Translations under genes and position numbers: made by a program
Part shown: piece after piece, positions 53,519 through 63,922 of the stretch
How the letters are laid out: each line of letters opens with the position of its first letter
Numbering within the stretch: position 1 is the first letter of the stretch
From: Candidatus Latescibacterota bacterium
GTDB taxonomy: Bacteria; Latescibacterota; UBA2968; GCA-2709665
Reading direction: 5' to 3'
Assembly: GCA_965203805.1 (NCBI GenBank)
Contig: OZ241917.1
Span: 5,489,643 to 5,553,642 of the forward strand
Length of the DNA: 64,000 nucleotides
Notes under the pieces: generated by a model
What the model saw: only the letters and a program-made list of their open reading frames with translations
Database searches by the model: none
What the model was told of the DNA's origin: nothing

Positions 53519-56146
53519 ATGACCGCTCGTCCGGGGTCGGTTGTCAACTTCTGCAAGACGGTGTTGCCGCTTCTGCACGGGAAATCGGACGGAAGACGGA
53601 TTCTTCAGGACGTACGCGAGGTTGTGGCTACCGACCGGTGGAATTCATTCGACCGGTTCGCGGACACCACGGCGTTTCTTGTGCGTCGTTACGAGGAATC
53701 CGGCGCGAAGGCGGAAGTGCATACCATGCGGACCGGCGGAGCCATCGGGTCGGGGCGTTGGATCATCCACAAGGCCGCGGACGTGCGTTCCGCGACGATG
53801 GACGTGATCCGACCGGTGAAAACGCGTGTCCTGGACTACAGAGAGAATCCGTGGCACGTCATTCAATGGAGCGATGCCACGCCGCCGGGAGGGATGGAGA
53901 ACGAGTTGGTTGTCGTGGATTCAAAGGAGGCCCTGACCCGGATTCCCGCAGGCGGACTGGCAGGGAAGTTGGTCCTGACGCGCATGGATCCACGCGGCAT
54001 GTTGCGGTCCTTCTCGGAGGCCGGCGCGGCGGGGGTGGTCGCCGATCATCCCGTACCGAATCTGCCCGACGCGACCGCGTGGACGAAATTCGGGTGGGGC
54101 GGGGTCCCCATTCAGGATGCGGCCGTCCAGATGGTTGGCCTGGTTTTATCGGAGAACCAGGGAAAACGCCTGCGACGCCTGCTGCGCAGGCACGGCTCAT
54201 TGACCGTCCGGACAGACGTGGACATCCGTCACTACCAGGGAACGCACGATCAGGTGAGCGGGGTTGTGCACGGTGACGCGGATCCCCAGGATGAAGTGTG
54301 GGCGCTCGCGCACAGCGCGGAACCCGGTGCAATCGACAATGCGTCGGGGGTGGCGCTGTGCCTGGAAATCGCGCGTGTCCTCGAGGAACTGATCGCAGCC
54401 GGTGAACTGGCGCGGCCCAGACGCACCATACGTCTGCTGAACGCCTACGAGTGTCACGGGTTTTTCAAGTATCTGGAGGACACACAGCGCCTGCAGACTC
54501 CTCTCGCCGGCGTTGTGATCGATTCGGTGGGAAGCAAGCCCTCGGTATGCGGCGGCCGGATCGAGTGGCATGCCTCAATTCCAATGTCGGCCGGTTTCGT
54601 GGACCGTCTGGGCGAGACGATCCTGACGGAAACGCTGCGGCTGCGAAACCCCGGCTATCGCCTGTCTATGGAGCCGTTCCAACCCACCTCAGACACGCTC
54701 ATCGGGGATCCGAAGTATGGATTTCCGTGTCCCTGGCTCACCACGCACCACCATAAGCCCGGACGGGGATTCGACGCCTACCATTCGTCCGCGGACACGC
54801 CGGCTCTGTTAAGCACAAGGGGGCTTGCGGCGTGCGCCACGGCGATGGCGGGATATCTCTACTGGCTGGCGGACGCAGGCACGGAGGACATCGTCGACGT
54901 GGCCGCCGCGGAGACCGCACGGACGATTGACCGGTTAGGGGTGGAGGGCCAGTCGGTTGCTCAGGTCGAATACGAACGCGAGCAGCATCGCGTGAACCTG
55001 GAGAAGCTTCATCGCTGGTTGTGGGGCGGGCGCCGTCGGGACGTTCTGGAGCAGTTCGCAGGGTACGAGCGCGAGGTTCGGGAGTCCGCGGCGGATGCCG
55101 AAAGGGGCAAGAGACGTCCGCGCCGAAGGCGTGTCGAGAGTGCGGACCGGATTCCGAGGCGCACGCGTGTGTTGTCTCCGATCGGGGAAAACACGCCGCC
55201 GGAGATCGCCGGACGTATCAGCAAAACAGGGCTTTCTCCCTGGACGCTGTTCTGGGCGGATGGCAACCGGACAATTCAGGAGATTTCGCAGGCCGTGGCG
55301 TGCGAGACCGGCAACGAAGTGAAAGCGGCGAGCGTCGTCGCTTATTTCGAAGCGCATGCTGAACTGGGGTACGTGGAGCTTATCGAGAAATCGGAACGGG
55401 TGACGCGCGCGAGCCTCGCGGCGGACCTCCGTTCACTGGGTCTGGCCCGTGGCATGGACGTGATGGTGCACAGTTCCCTGTCGTCCATCGGGCACGTGGC
55501 GGGTGGCGCGGATACGGTGATCCAGGCGTTGCTGGACGTGATCGGAAAGCGCGGCACACTGATGATGCCCTCGTTTCACCACCGGGCCGCACAGGTGTAC
55601 AATCCGATGACGACACCCACGACCAACGGCGCGATCCCCGATGCGTTCTGGCGGCGTCCCGACGCGGTCAGGAGCGACCATTCCACGCACGCGGTGGCGG
55701 CGGTGGGACCCAGAGCCGAGGCCTTCTGCAAGGATCACGGCGGGAAAGGACTGTGGACGCCCAACAGCCCCATAGGCCAACTCGTGCACGGAAACGGTCA
55801 CGTACTCCTGCTTGGCGTCGACCACAATGCCACGACAGCCTACCACGTGGCCGAGTTATCGGTGCCCTGTGGATGCATCGACCCTTTCGGCAACTTCTAC
55901 AGCGTCGTCGCGCCGGACGGGGGCGTGCGGAAGGTCAGGGGGCTGGCGTTCAGATCGGCGCTGTGTCCGGTGCCGCCGGGCAAGCTGAACAGGGCTCTGG
56001 ACCGCAGGGGAAAACAGCGCCGTGGAAAAGTGGGCCGGGCGGACTCGTTCTTCGTGCCCGCAATAGAGGTCTGGAAGGCGCGGCGGGACCATCTGCGGCG
56101 CGTTTGTCCGACGTGTGATATCAAACCTCGAATCGATGCGTCATAG
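53519..56146 (+). CDS. Fusion protein: M28/DUF4910-like aminopeptidase-fold region plus C-terminal AAC(3)-type N-acetyltransferase domain
   Basis: 875 aa. The C-terminal roughly 270 aa (GMDVMVHSSLSSIGHVAGGADTVIQALLDVIGKRGTLMMPSF...DHSTHAVAAVG...GVDHNATTAYHVAE) match the aminoglycoside 3-N-acetyltransferase (Antibiotic_NAT) pattern. The N-terminal assignment is from recollection only. Confidence 0.55.
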   Translation: MTARPGSVVNFCKTVLPLLHGKSDGRRILQDVREVVATDRWNSFDRFADTTAFLVRRYEESGAKAEVHTMRTGGAIGSGRWIIHKAADVRSATMDVIRPVKTRVLDYRENPWHVIQWSDATPPGGMENELVVVDSKEALTRIPAGGLAGKLVLTRMDPRGMLRSFSEAGAAGVVADHPVPNLPDATAWTKFGWGGVPIQDAAVQMVGLVLSENQGKRLRRLLRRHGSLTVRTDVDIRHYQGTHDQVSGVVHGDADPQDEVWALAHSAEPGAIDNASGVALCLEIARVLEELIAAGELARPRRTIRLLNAYECHGFFKYLEDTQRLQTPLAGVVIDSVGSKPSVCGGRIEWHASIPMSAGFVDRLGETILTETLRLRNPGYRLSMEPFQPTSDTLIGDPKYGFPCPWLTTHHHKPGRGFDAYHSSADTPALLSTRGLAACATAMAGYLYWLADAGTEDIVDVAAAETARTIDRLGVEGQSVAQVEYEREQHRVNLEKLHRWLWGGRRRDVLEQFAGYEREVRESAADAERGKRRPRRRRVESADRIPRRTRVLSPIGENTPPEIAGRISKTGLSPWTLFWADGNRTIQEISQAVACETGNEVKAASVVAYFEAHAELGYVELIEKSERVTRASLAADLRSLGLARGMDVMVHSSLSSIGHVAGGADTVIQALLDVIGKRGTLMMPSFHHRAAQVYNPMTTPTTNGAIPDAFWRRPDAVRSDHSTHAVAAVGPRAEAFCKDHGGKGLWTPNSPIGQLVHGNGHVLLLGVDHNATTAYHVAELSVPCGCIDPFGNFYSVVAPDGGVRKVRGLAFRSALCPVPPGKLNRALDRRGKQRRGKVGRADSFFVPAIEVWKARRDHLRRVCPTCDIKPRIDAS

Positions 56147-56183
56147 GCGCACGGACGGATGCGCCGGGAGCGGATAGTACACG

Positions 56184-57479
56184 ATGAATACGGTTCGATC
56201 CACAGCGCTTTTCGAGGCGAGTTCCCGATACCTCGCGATGGGTGTGTCTTCGGGTATGCGTCGCGCCGTGACGTCCCCGCCGCTTTTCTTCGAGCGGGCG
56301 GACGGGGCGTACTACTACGACGTGGACGGAAACAGACTGCTGGACTATACCCTGGCGTGGGGGCCGTTGATTCTCGGTTCGAATCATCCGGAACTGAATG
56401 CGGCCGTGGCGGAGGCGGTTCGGAATTCATACACCCTCGGGGCCCAGCATCCGGGCGAGGTTGCCTTCGCAAAGCTGCTGGTGGAAACACTTCCGGGCGT
56501 CGACCAGGTGATTTTCTCCAATACGGGCTCCGAGGCCGTTCAGGCGGCCCTGAGACTTGCGCGCGCCGCAACCGGTCGTACCAAGTTCGTCAAATTCGAG
56601 GGACATTACCACGGATGGTTGAACAACATTCTCGTGAGTTACCACGAATCCGACGAAGCACTCGGGAACCTGGAAGCACCCAGGGTCGTGCCCGCCTGCG
56701 GCGGCCAGCCGGCGGCCGAATATGCGGAGACTGTCACGTTGCCATGGAACCGGTTGGACCTGCTGGAAAACCTGTTCGCCGAACGGGGATCGGAGATTGC
56801 AGCGGTCATCACCGAGCCGGTACTGGCCAACTCCGGATCCATCATGCCCTCGGAGGGGTTCCTTCAGGGGATGGTCGATCTGTGTCGAAGCAACGGCGCG
56901 GTTTCGATATTTGACGAGGTCATTACCGGGTTTCGCCTCGCTCTTGGGGGCGCCAGGGAATATTTCGACGCGATCCCCGATCTCTCGGTCTACGCGAAGG
57001 CGTTGGCCGGCGGATTCACGCTTTCCGCGGTGGCCGGTTCGCGCAGGATGTTTGACGTGCTCAGAAACGGCGCGACAATCCACGCGGGGACGTACAACGG
57101 CAGCACGGTCAATCTTGCCGCAGGGCTTGCGACGGTTACGATCCTGAGCGCGGATCCCCGGGCCTTCCAACGGATGCATGAGCACGGATACGCGATTCGG
57201 CGGGCGATTGAGGCGGCTGCGGCTTCCCGGGGAATCCACGTCTGCACGTCGGGAGCGGGCACGGTCTTCAACGTTCACTTCGGTGTAGGTTCTCCCCCCG
57301 TTCACTACAGGGACCTGACGGCGACGGATATGGCGCTTTATACGCGATTCAGGACCGGCATGCTGGAGGCTGGCATTCAATTGTTGCCGGACGGCCGATG
57401 GTACGTGGGTCTGGCCCATGGAGAAGAGGAACTGAGTCAGGTGCGCGCGGCGGTAGGGTCTGTGGTCGCCGCAATGTAA
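56184..57479 (+). CDS. Class III PLP aminotransferase (glutamate-1-semialdehyde aminomutase-like)
   Basis: 431 aa. SNTGSEAVQAALRLARA, FDEVITGFRLALGGA, YAKALAGGFTLSAV (PLP Lys). Confidence 0.85.
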   Translation: MNTVRSTALFEASSRYLAMGVSSGMRRAVTSPPLFFERADGAYYYDVDGNRLLDYTLAWGPLILGSNHPELNAAVAEAVRNSYTLGAQHPGEVAFAKLLVETLPGVDQVIFSNTGSEAVQAALRLARAATGRTKFVKFEGHYHGWLNNILVSYHESDEALGNLEAPRVVPACGGQPAAEYAETVTLPWNRLDLLENLFAERGSEIAAVITEPVLANSGSIMPSEGFLQGMVDLCRSNGAVSIFDEVITGFRLALGGAREYFDAIPDLSVYAKALAGGFTLSAVAGSRRMFDVLRNGATIHAGTYNGSTVNLAAGLATVTILSADPRAFQRMHEHGYAIRRAIEAAAASRGIHVCTSGAGTVFNVHFGVGSPPVHYRDLTATDMALYTRFRTGMLEAGIQLLPDGRWYVGLAHGEEELSQVRAAVGSVVAAM

Positions 57480-57635
57480 CGTGCCGTTCGCCGGAATTGT
57501 CGCGATCGATTCGCAATGTCGTCCCGTTTCCCCGCGTCAGCCTGCGCCGGCTCCGTGGTAACGGGTCTGCGGGAACCGGCTGCCCAACCGCTCGTCGGCC
57601 GTGGCGCGCTTATCCTGTTTACAGGGTCAAATACC

Positions 57636-57664
57636 TTGACAACGGGGAGGCGTTATGGTAAAAT
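57636..57664 (+). promoter_or_regulatory. Near-consensus sigma70-type promoter (TTGACA-17 nt-TAAAAT)
   Basis: TTGACA at 57636-57641 and TAAAAT at 57659-57664, about 75 nt upstream of the ATG at 57739. Confidence 0.45.
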
Positions 57665-57738
57665 CACAGAGAGTTCCGGGATAATGGTTGCAGTTCGAAG
57701 GGCCGCCCGCACCCGTGGAAAGCTGGAGGAAAACGTAT

Positions 57739-58515
57739 ATGGGGATGGATGACATTCAGCCTCTTCTGGAAAGCTGGCCATACGAGCCGGACAAACTCTG
57801 TGTGAGACGCATCAAGGGGACGGATGGCGAGGAAAAAATACAGCTCCGCGTGGAGATGGGGATACTGCAGATGGAAGTCTCAGGCCGCCCGGACGGACAG
57901 CGCCCCCACGGATATGAGTCGCTGCTCCACTACTACAAGGCGAAAGTGCGGGCGTCGCCGGAGGACTCGAAGACCTACAGGCTCGACCCGGACGTCTGCC
58001 TGTCACTTCAGGTCGAAGGGCTCCAGTATTACCATCGACGGATCAGTTTTCTTGAACTGGGAGAATATCGACTCGCTCAGGATGACGCTCAGCGAAACCT
58101 CGATATGTTCGACTTCGTCAAGGAACACGCGCGCGAAGAAGAAGATAGCATGGTCCTTGAGCAATACAGGCCCTTCGTTATCGGACATCGCATACGTGCG
58201 GTGGTCCTGCAGGAACTGGAGGACGAGAATTTCGATCGGGCGCTCCTGGAAATCCACAACGGCATTGAAGAGATCCAGGGGTTCTTCAAAGAGTACGACA
58301 GGCCCGACCTTGTGGAAGACAGCGAAGAGGTAGTTTTTTTGAAGGAATGGGCGGAAGAAATCCGAAAGGATCGACCCAGGCCTCTGTTTCAGGACCTCAA
58401 GGAGCAACTCAGCGAGGCGGTCGCCATTGAAGATTTCGAGCGCGCCGCCCAGCTGCGGGATCAGCTGCAGGCACTTTCGCCCGGTTCAGACCGAAAATCC
58501 GGAACCCGCAAGTAG
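57739..58515 (+). CDS. UVR (UvrB/UvrC motif) domain-containing protein
   Basis: ORF 57688..58515. I prefer the ATG at 57739 (MGMDDIQPLLESWPYEP). C-terminal AIEDFERAAQLRDQLQAL is a UVR motif. Confidence 0.6.
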   Translation: MGMDDIQPLLESWPYEPDKLCVRRIKGTDGEEKIQLRVEMGILQMEVSGRPDGQRPHGYESLLHYYKAKVRASPEDSKTYRLDPDVCLSLQVEGLQYYHRRISFLELGEYRLAQDDAQRNLDMFDFVKEHAREEEDSMVLEQYRPFVIGHRIRAVVLQELEDENFDRALLEIHNGIEEIQGFFKEYDRPDLVEDSEEVVFLKEWAEEIRKDRPRPLFQDLKEQLSEAVAIEDFERAAQLRDQLQALSPGSDRKSGTRK

Positions 58516-58542
58516 CGTCCGGCCCGAAAGGGGACTGATCTA

Positions 58543-59844
58543 TTGGCGGTGCATGAAATCTTCACCTCAAGGGAGCCGGAACGCGCAATTCTGGTGGGCA
58601 TGGCGCTTCCGGGCAATTCATCCTGGGATACAGACGACACGCTGAATGAACTTGCGTTACTCGCGGACACTGCAGGTGCGCAGGTTGTGGGCCGGATGGT
58701 GCAGGAGCGGGAAAGCATCGATCCGGCTTTTTTTATCGGCCGGGGCAAGGCTGAGGAACTTGCGGTCCGCGTGAAACAACTCCGGGCGCAAGTGGTAATC
58801 TTCGACGACGACCTGTCGCCTGCCCAATTCAAGAACATCGAGGAAGTGGCGGGCGCCAACGTCATCGATCGGAGCCGGCTGATCCTGGACATCTTCGCGG
58901 GACGGGCCAAGACGCGCGAGGCCCAGACCCAGGTGGAACTGGCACAACTCAACTACCTGTTGCCGCGGCTGACGCGCCGATGGACGCATCTGTCGCGCCA
59001 GGCCGGCCACGGCGGGACGACCGGTGGAATCGGCACCCGGGGTCCGGGAGAAACGCAACTGGAGGTGGACCGCCGGGCGCTGCGGAGCCGTATCGGGGTC
59101 TTGACCAGAGCGCTGAACCGGATCGCCAGGCGGCGTGTACTGGGGCGTAAGCAGCGAACGGATACGTACCGTATCTCCCTGGTGGGCTATACGAATGCCG
59201 GAAAATCGACGTTGATGCGCGCACTTTCCGGCGCCGACGTGTTCGTGGAAGACCGCTTGTTCGCAACGCTGGACTCCACGACCCGCAGAGTCTATCTGGG
59301 GTACAATCGGGAAGTCCTGCTGACCGACACGGTCGGGTTTATCCGAAAGCTGCCGCATCACCTTGTCGCTTCGTTCAGAAGCACACTCGAGGAGGCGGTT
59401 GATGCGGACCTGTTATTGCACGTTGTCGACGTGAGCCATCCAATGTGCGAAGAGCAGATCGGGGCGGTGCATGAAACGCTCCACGGACTGGGCATCGCGG
59501 AGTACCCCACGTTGATGGCATTCAACAAGATCGATCAGTTTCACGATCCGTCTATGCAGGGGCGGCTTCGGGCCGGGTATCCGGACGGCATCTGGATCTC
59601 GGCACAGGAAAACCGCGGGCTGGACGATCTGCGGTGGGCGATTTACGACCGGCTCGAGGGCGAACGCAAGGTGATGCAACTGCGTGTTCCCCAGGCGGAA
59701 GGAAAGCTCCTCTCGGAACTGTATCGGGTGGGGGAGATATTGAATACGACCTATAAGGGAAACGATGTGTTTCTGGAGATCAAGCTGAGCCGCCAGAATG
59801 CGAGGCGGCTCCTTCCCGACGGAAGGTTTCGGATCAAACGATGA
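58543..59844 (+). CDS. hflX: GTPase HflX
   Basis: 433 aa with a TTG start. ERAILVG, GGIGTRGPGETQLE, LVGYTNAGKSTL (G1), DTVGF (G3), NKID (G4). Confidence 0.9.
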   Translation: MAVHEIFTSREPERAILVGMALPGNSSWDTDDTLNELALLADTAGAQVVGRMVQERESIDPAFFIGRGKAEELAVRVKQLRAQVVIFDDDLSPAQFKNIEEVAGANVIDRSRLILDIFAGRAKTREAQTQVELAQLNYLLPRLTRRWTHLSRQAGHGGTTGGIGTRGPGETQLEVDRRALRSRIGVLTRALNRIARRRVLGRKQRTDTYRISLVGYTNAGKSTLMRALSGADVFVEDRLFATLDSTTRRVYLGYNREVLLTDTVGFIRKLPHHLVASFRSTLEEAVDADLLLHVVDVSHPMCEEQIGAVHETLHGLGIAEYPTLMAFNKIDQFHDPSMQGRLRAGYPDGIWISAQENRGLDDLRWAIYDRLEGERKVMQLRVPQAEGKLLSELYRVGEILNTTYKGNDVFLEIKLSRQNARRLLPDGRFRIKR

Positions 59845-59877
59845 ATTGAAGCTCGATCTTTGCGGGATGATAAAACG

Positions 59878-59920
59878 AAACAGGCGTTTGCGGTTTCCAT
59901 CCGCAAACGCCTGTTTTTTC
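59878..59920. terminator. Bidirectional intrinsic terminator between hflX and the bactofilin gene
   Basis: AAACAGGCGTTTGCGG-TTTCCAT-CCGCAAACGCCTGTTT perfect 16-bp stem followed by TTTC. Confidence 0.75.
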
Positions 59921-59953
59921 TGAATAGCCGGTATCTTCGGACACGCCAGCAGG

Positions 59954-60376
59954 TCAGGTCGGGGATTCATCTTCTGTATCGGCAGGCGGAGACTCCTGGC
60001 CATCAACCTCCGCGGGCGATGCAACTTCGTCTCCAGCAGCGCACTTCCCCCTGATAATGGCGCCTTCTTCCACGACGATGGAACGCGCCGCGATGTCTCC
60101 GTTGAAGACGGCGCTGGCTTCCAGCTTGACGCTCCCGTCGGCTTCCAGTTTTCCGGTAACTTCCCCGCCTATCACCGCGTCACGCACCCGGACGACCTCT
60201 GCATCCACTCTTCCGGACGGACCGATGACAAGCGTGCCCGATGCATGCAGTTCGCCCTTGAGCGTGCCATCCAGTCGGATGCTCTCGTCCGACGTTACCG
60301 ATCCTTCCATCACCGTGTCTTTGCCGATCACCGTTTTGATGGCTTCTTTTTCCAGCTTTTGTTTGAACGCTAACAT
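59954..60376 (-). CDS. Bactofilin (polymer-forming cytoskeletal protein, DUF583)
   Basis: 140 aa. Repetitive beta-helix pattern GKDTVMEGSVTSDESIRLDGTLKGELHASGTLVIGPSGRVDAEV...VFNGDIAARSIVVEEGA. Confidence 0.8.
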   Translation of the reverse strand: MLAFKQKLEKEAIKTVIGKDTVMEGSVTSDESIRLDGTLKGELHASGTLVIGPSGRVDAEVVRVRDAVIGGEVTGKLEADGSVKLEASAVFNGDIAARSIVVEEGAIIRGKCAAGDEVASPAEVDGQESPPADTEDESPT

Positions 60377-60514
60377 TCGGATGTCCGCTCACGAGTCTTT
60401 TGCTATGTAAGATTGTCCGATGGGTATTTCCACGCGTTGGGGAATCTCATATTTCTGCGGACCGGCCGGAGACATCGCGGAGAGGTCGGGAACCGGGTAC
60501 CGGTCATCCTGCAT

Positions 60515-60937
60515 TCATCTGGAATTCACGGAATCGCGGGGCGACCCGGCAGCGCCCTCGACCGTACTGGCGGCGGGCGCGCCTTTCTCTCCGTTCTCCT
60601 CCTGGCGTCCGGAAGAAATCGCATTCGTGAAGGAAGCCTGCGTCGGCCCCGCGTCGGGCAACAGCATCTGACGCAGTTTCTGATCGGTTCCCTGGATTCG
60701 CTTCAGGGTCAGCGCAAGTTCTTCCACACGAGCCACTTCCGCTTTCAGCCGGCTGTTCTCCGCCCTCAGGGTGTGCGCCGACTGTCGCCACTCCTGAATC
60801 TTCCATATGAAGGCGAATTCCAGGATCAGCATGATGAGCAGCAGGAGAATCGCGCCGGCGACCGCCCTGAACGGCCAGTAACCGAGCTTGAACACAATGG
60901 TGCGCGAAGCGTCGTCGGGTATGAACAGTACCGACAT
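60515..60937 (-). CDS. Membrane-anchored coiled-coil protein (hypothetical)
   Basis: ORF 60515..60976, with a likely start at MSVLFIPDD. One TM helix (AVAGAILLLLIMLILEFAFIW) followed by a coiled coil. This resembles the N-terminal part of the M23 peptidases often found next to bactofilins, but no LytM domain is present. Confidence 0.4.
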   Translation of the reverse strand: MSVLFIPDDASRTIVFKLGYWPFRAVAGAILLLLIMLILEFAFIWKIQEWRQSAHTLRAENSRLKAEVARVEELALTLKRIQGTDQKLRQMLLPDAGPTQASFTNAISSGRQEENGEKGAPAASTVEGAAGSPRDSVNSR

Positions 60938-61170
60938 CTTTCTGCGCCGTTGTCTGGCCACGCAATCGGTCTCCACTTCGGGTTCCGCCTGGTGCCGATG
61001 GCGCCGGAGGCGATTACCGCCTTCGCATCGGCGCCGATGCCTGAGATCACGTCTGCGTTCAGGTTAGCAGGCGGCGGCGGTTTTGTCAAGCGGTTTAGGG
61101 CGGGGCCGCCGCCCGATGGCGGTGCACGATGCTCGGGGACCGGCGGGTGTCCCGGTCCGCATGGTCGCAG

Positions 61171-61371
61171 CTACACGCGTTTCTGCAGCAGCCAGCCGGC
61201 CGTGAAAATCAGACCGCCGATGATCGCAAAGCGCACCTCCCGGCCGATGTCCTCTTCGTAGAGGCCGACAAACAGGCCGAAACCCATATAGATCAGCCCG
61301 GCAAGTTGAAGGATGCGAGCAAGCAGACGCATTCGAAACCCTGTCCCCGCCTTGTCCCGTCCCGTCCGCAT
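61171..61371 (-). CDS. Small hydrophobic protein (hypothetical)
   Basis: 66 aa with two predicted TM helices. Coding status uncertain. Confidence 0.3.
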   Translation of the reverse strand: MRTGRDKAGTGFRMRLLARILQLAGLIYMGFGLFVGLYEEDIGREVRFAIIGGLIFTAGWLLQKRV

Positions 61372-61792
61372 TTCATCGCGGCAGATCGGAGGAGGATGTG
61401 GCTTCTACGCCAGGAACATTAAGAAATTGCGGGCAATCGGTCAACCGTCCTCGTCTGCATCGTTCCGGAAACCGGCGTAGCGTGGGCGGCGAAAACGAAA
61501 GCCGACATCAAAAGACATCGGCATTTATTCGGAGTGATAGCTTACGGCGGTGTTAGCGCCCCAAACACGCAACACTAAAACTGCAATCAATTGCACCGTA
61601 GACCAAGAAAGCCAAATTGATCAAAATCATCAATTCTCGCTTTTTTTGGGGCGAACACGATAGGTGTCCAAAGACGCTTGTATAGTCGATTTTTAATACC
61701 TGATGTCTAAGTAACCAACGGTTCTTCGGCAAAATGGGCTAACACGAAACCTTCATGGACCCCTATTCGAAGGCGACTCAGGATCGTATCAG

Positions 61793-63922
61793 TCAGGCCC
61801 AAAGCCAATCCAACTCCGAAAAAGCAAGTTTCCGATCGAAGTTCTCGATGTTGTCCCGAACGTTGAGAATCAGACAGCGGTCGCCGCCACCGTTCAGTGG
61901 TCCCCTCAATCCGCGACCGATCATCTGGAAGTATAGGTTCGGGCTGTATACGGGCCGAGCGACGATTATGGCCCGTGTCTTGGGAGCGTCGAAGCCCTCG
62001 CGGAATACCCCATAGTTGACGAGTGCCTTAATCTCTCCACGGCGGAAGTTTTCGACCACACGTCGTCGAGTCGCCGTTTCCGTCTCTCCGCTAACTGCAC
62101 GCGACCGTATTCCCTTCCGGTTGAGGAGTGCTGCCAGCGTCTGCGCATGCTCGACCGATGTCGCGAAGATTAGTGTAGACCATTCCGGATCAATACGTGA
62201 CACATAAGCTTCGATGATGCGTTTGGTTCGCTCGACGCTATGAGCGATGCGCTCTTCCACGCTCTGGGGAAGCCAGGGCAGTGCCATCCACTCGTTAAGT
62301 GTCCGTGTCAATTCTTCCTTGTCTACCGAGCCATTCAGGATCTCGTCGAGCGGAAACGTCTCGCCCTCAATGGTCTCATGATCGGCTTGGGCAAGTACGC
62401 CCATTTCTTGCAATTCACAGATGACGGCTTCCGGCTCGTCGCTCGCGAACGCTCCCGAGTCCAGTCGCCTGTTTCCGTAGCGTCGAACGAGTCTCTTCGT
62501 CTCCTCTTCGTCGCGTCCGCGATAGGGCGTAGCCGTAAGGCCAAGCATCAGTGGCTCCTCCACCCGTTGAAAGCGGGTCAATCCGATATCCTCCATGACA
62601 GACGTGAAAGTCGGGGCGATTGACCGATGTGCCTCATCGAAAACCACTAGCTTGAAGTTGGCCAAGAACTCGTACTCATCGGGCTGGTGTGTGAGCCTCG
62701 CCTTAAGAGTCTGGATGGTCGCAACGACGACGTGAAGTTCGCTCGTGGGTTGCGGCCTCTCCAGCCCACCCCACAATCTGGAGATACGTAGCCGAGTCGC
62801 CTGTGTGCCGACACTTGACCACACCTGCCGCCATCCTTCCACGGCTTGCTCGCACAGTTCGTCCCGGTCAGCAACCCAAAGGACGCCGCCAGGGAAGCCG
62901 TCATCCCGCATGGCTTCAATGATCGCCTGCACAGCGACCCGGGTTTTTCCGGACCCGGTCGGCATGCTAATGATCCCTCTCCGATCGGACCCACCCTCCT
63001 GTTCGCCAAGCAGCATGTTCCGGACATTGTCGACGACAGTCTGCTGGTAGCCATGAAGGTCTGGAAGAGAGTACGGACCCTCGATCTCCAGAAAGGGGTC
63101 GCGTTTCTGGTCCCGCTCACCGGCCCAATTGGCGGAGAACCCGAGGGACCGCACGAAGTCCACAGCCCGCTGCGAGCCAGCCCAACGTACCGGCGGGTCG
63201 AGACGTTCCAACGCCCACCTGTATTGCTTGAGTGCGTCGGTGTGCCAGGTGGCTATGGCAGCCTCCGCAATGTCAGTTCCCGCTAGTGTGACGTCGCCAC
63301 TCTCAAGTATCGATAGAAGAGAATCGGGAAGACTTGAGCGTAGGGCCTGTTCTCCCACTGCGGCCAAGAGGCGTTTAGCGTCGGAAGAATGCTGCCGTAT
63401 CGCGAAGCGTCTCTCCTTGACTTCCTGCGGTGTCCTTCGGTGCAGTATTGCGTCGGTCTCATTTACGTCAATCCCAAGCTCCAACTCTTCCACGACGAGT
63501 TGTAATTTTCGTAGCTCGTCACCAACCGAGTCCGAGATATATATATTGGAGGCATGTAGAACGCACTCGCGAGGTTGTCCTAGGACGAGTATCCGCTCGC
63601 AGCGAATGAGACTGCACGTTCGCCGATACCCAGGAAGGTATTGCCCAAGGCCTGGCCAGATATCAGTCAATGGGATAGGTTCGTCTTCTACGAAGAATTC
63701 CGGCGTCGGCTGCGCCAGATCAAACGCCTTCTTGATATCGTCAGCATTCGAATGGAAAAGCAGCACGTGCAGTGCTTTCGGACTCTTCGGGTGTGGTCCA
63801 AGCGCGTCCTCCAGCGGAACGATCCCGCCGTCGGTTCGGATTCGCCCGTGTTTCCTGAGCATCTGGACAGTTGGCGATTCGCATTGTAACGATGGACACG
63901 GGTTTTGTGTGTCGTGGCGCAT
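61793..63922 (-). CDS. SF2 DEAD/DEAH-box helicase (ResIII-type) with an uncharacterised N-terminal region of about 300 aa
   Basis: 709 aa. ISMPTGSGKTRVAV (I), VVFDEAHRS (II), LGLTATPYRG (III), FREGFDAPKTRAIIVARP and YFQMIGRGLRG (V/VI). Its upstream region is cut by the window edge. Confidence 0.8.
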   Translation of the reverse strand: MRHDTQNPCPSLQCESPTVQMLRKHGRIRTDGGIVPLEDALGPHPKSPKALHVLLFHSNADDIKKAFDLAQPTPEFFVEDEPIPLTDIWPGLGQYLPGYRRTCSLIRCERILVLGQPRECVLHASNIYISDSVGDELRKLQLVVEELELGIDVNETDAILHRRTPQEVKERRFAIRQHSSDAKRLLAAVGEQALRSSLPDSLLSILESGDVTLAGTDIAEAAIATWHTDALKQYRWALERLDPPVRWAGSQRAVDFVRSLGFSANWAGERDQKRDPFLEIEGPYSLPDLHGYQQTVVDNVRNMLLGEQEGGSDRRGIISMPTGSGKTRVAVQAIIEAMRDDGFPGGVLWVADRDELCEQAVEGWRQVWSSVGTQATRLRISRLWGGLERPQPTSELHVVVATIQTLKARLTHQPDEYEFLANFKLVVFDEAHRSIAPTFTSVMEDIGLTRFQRVEEPLMLGLTATPYRGRDEEETKRLVRRYGNRRLDSGAFASDEPEAVICELQEMGVLAQADHETIEGETFPLDEILNGSVDKEELTRTLNEWMALPWLPQSVEERIAHSVERTKRIIEAYVSRIDPEWSTLIFATSVEHAQTLAALLNRKGIRSRAVSGETETATRRRVVENFRRGEIKALVNYGVFREGFDAPKTRAIIVARPVYSPNLYFQMIGRGLRGPLNGGGDRCLILNVRDNIENFDRKLAFSELDWLWA

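Noticed and set aside
60515-60976. An M23/LytM peptidase partner of the bactofilin.
   Set aside because: Only the TM plus coiled-coil N-terminal part is present. No HxxxD/HxH LytM motifs occur in any frame of the 138-nt gap or in the ORF, so it is annotated as a hypothetical membrane protein.
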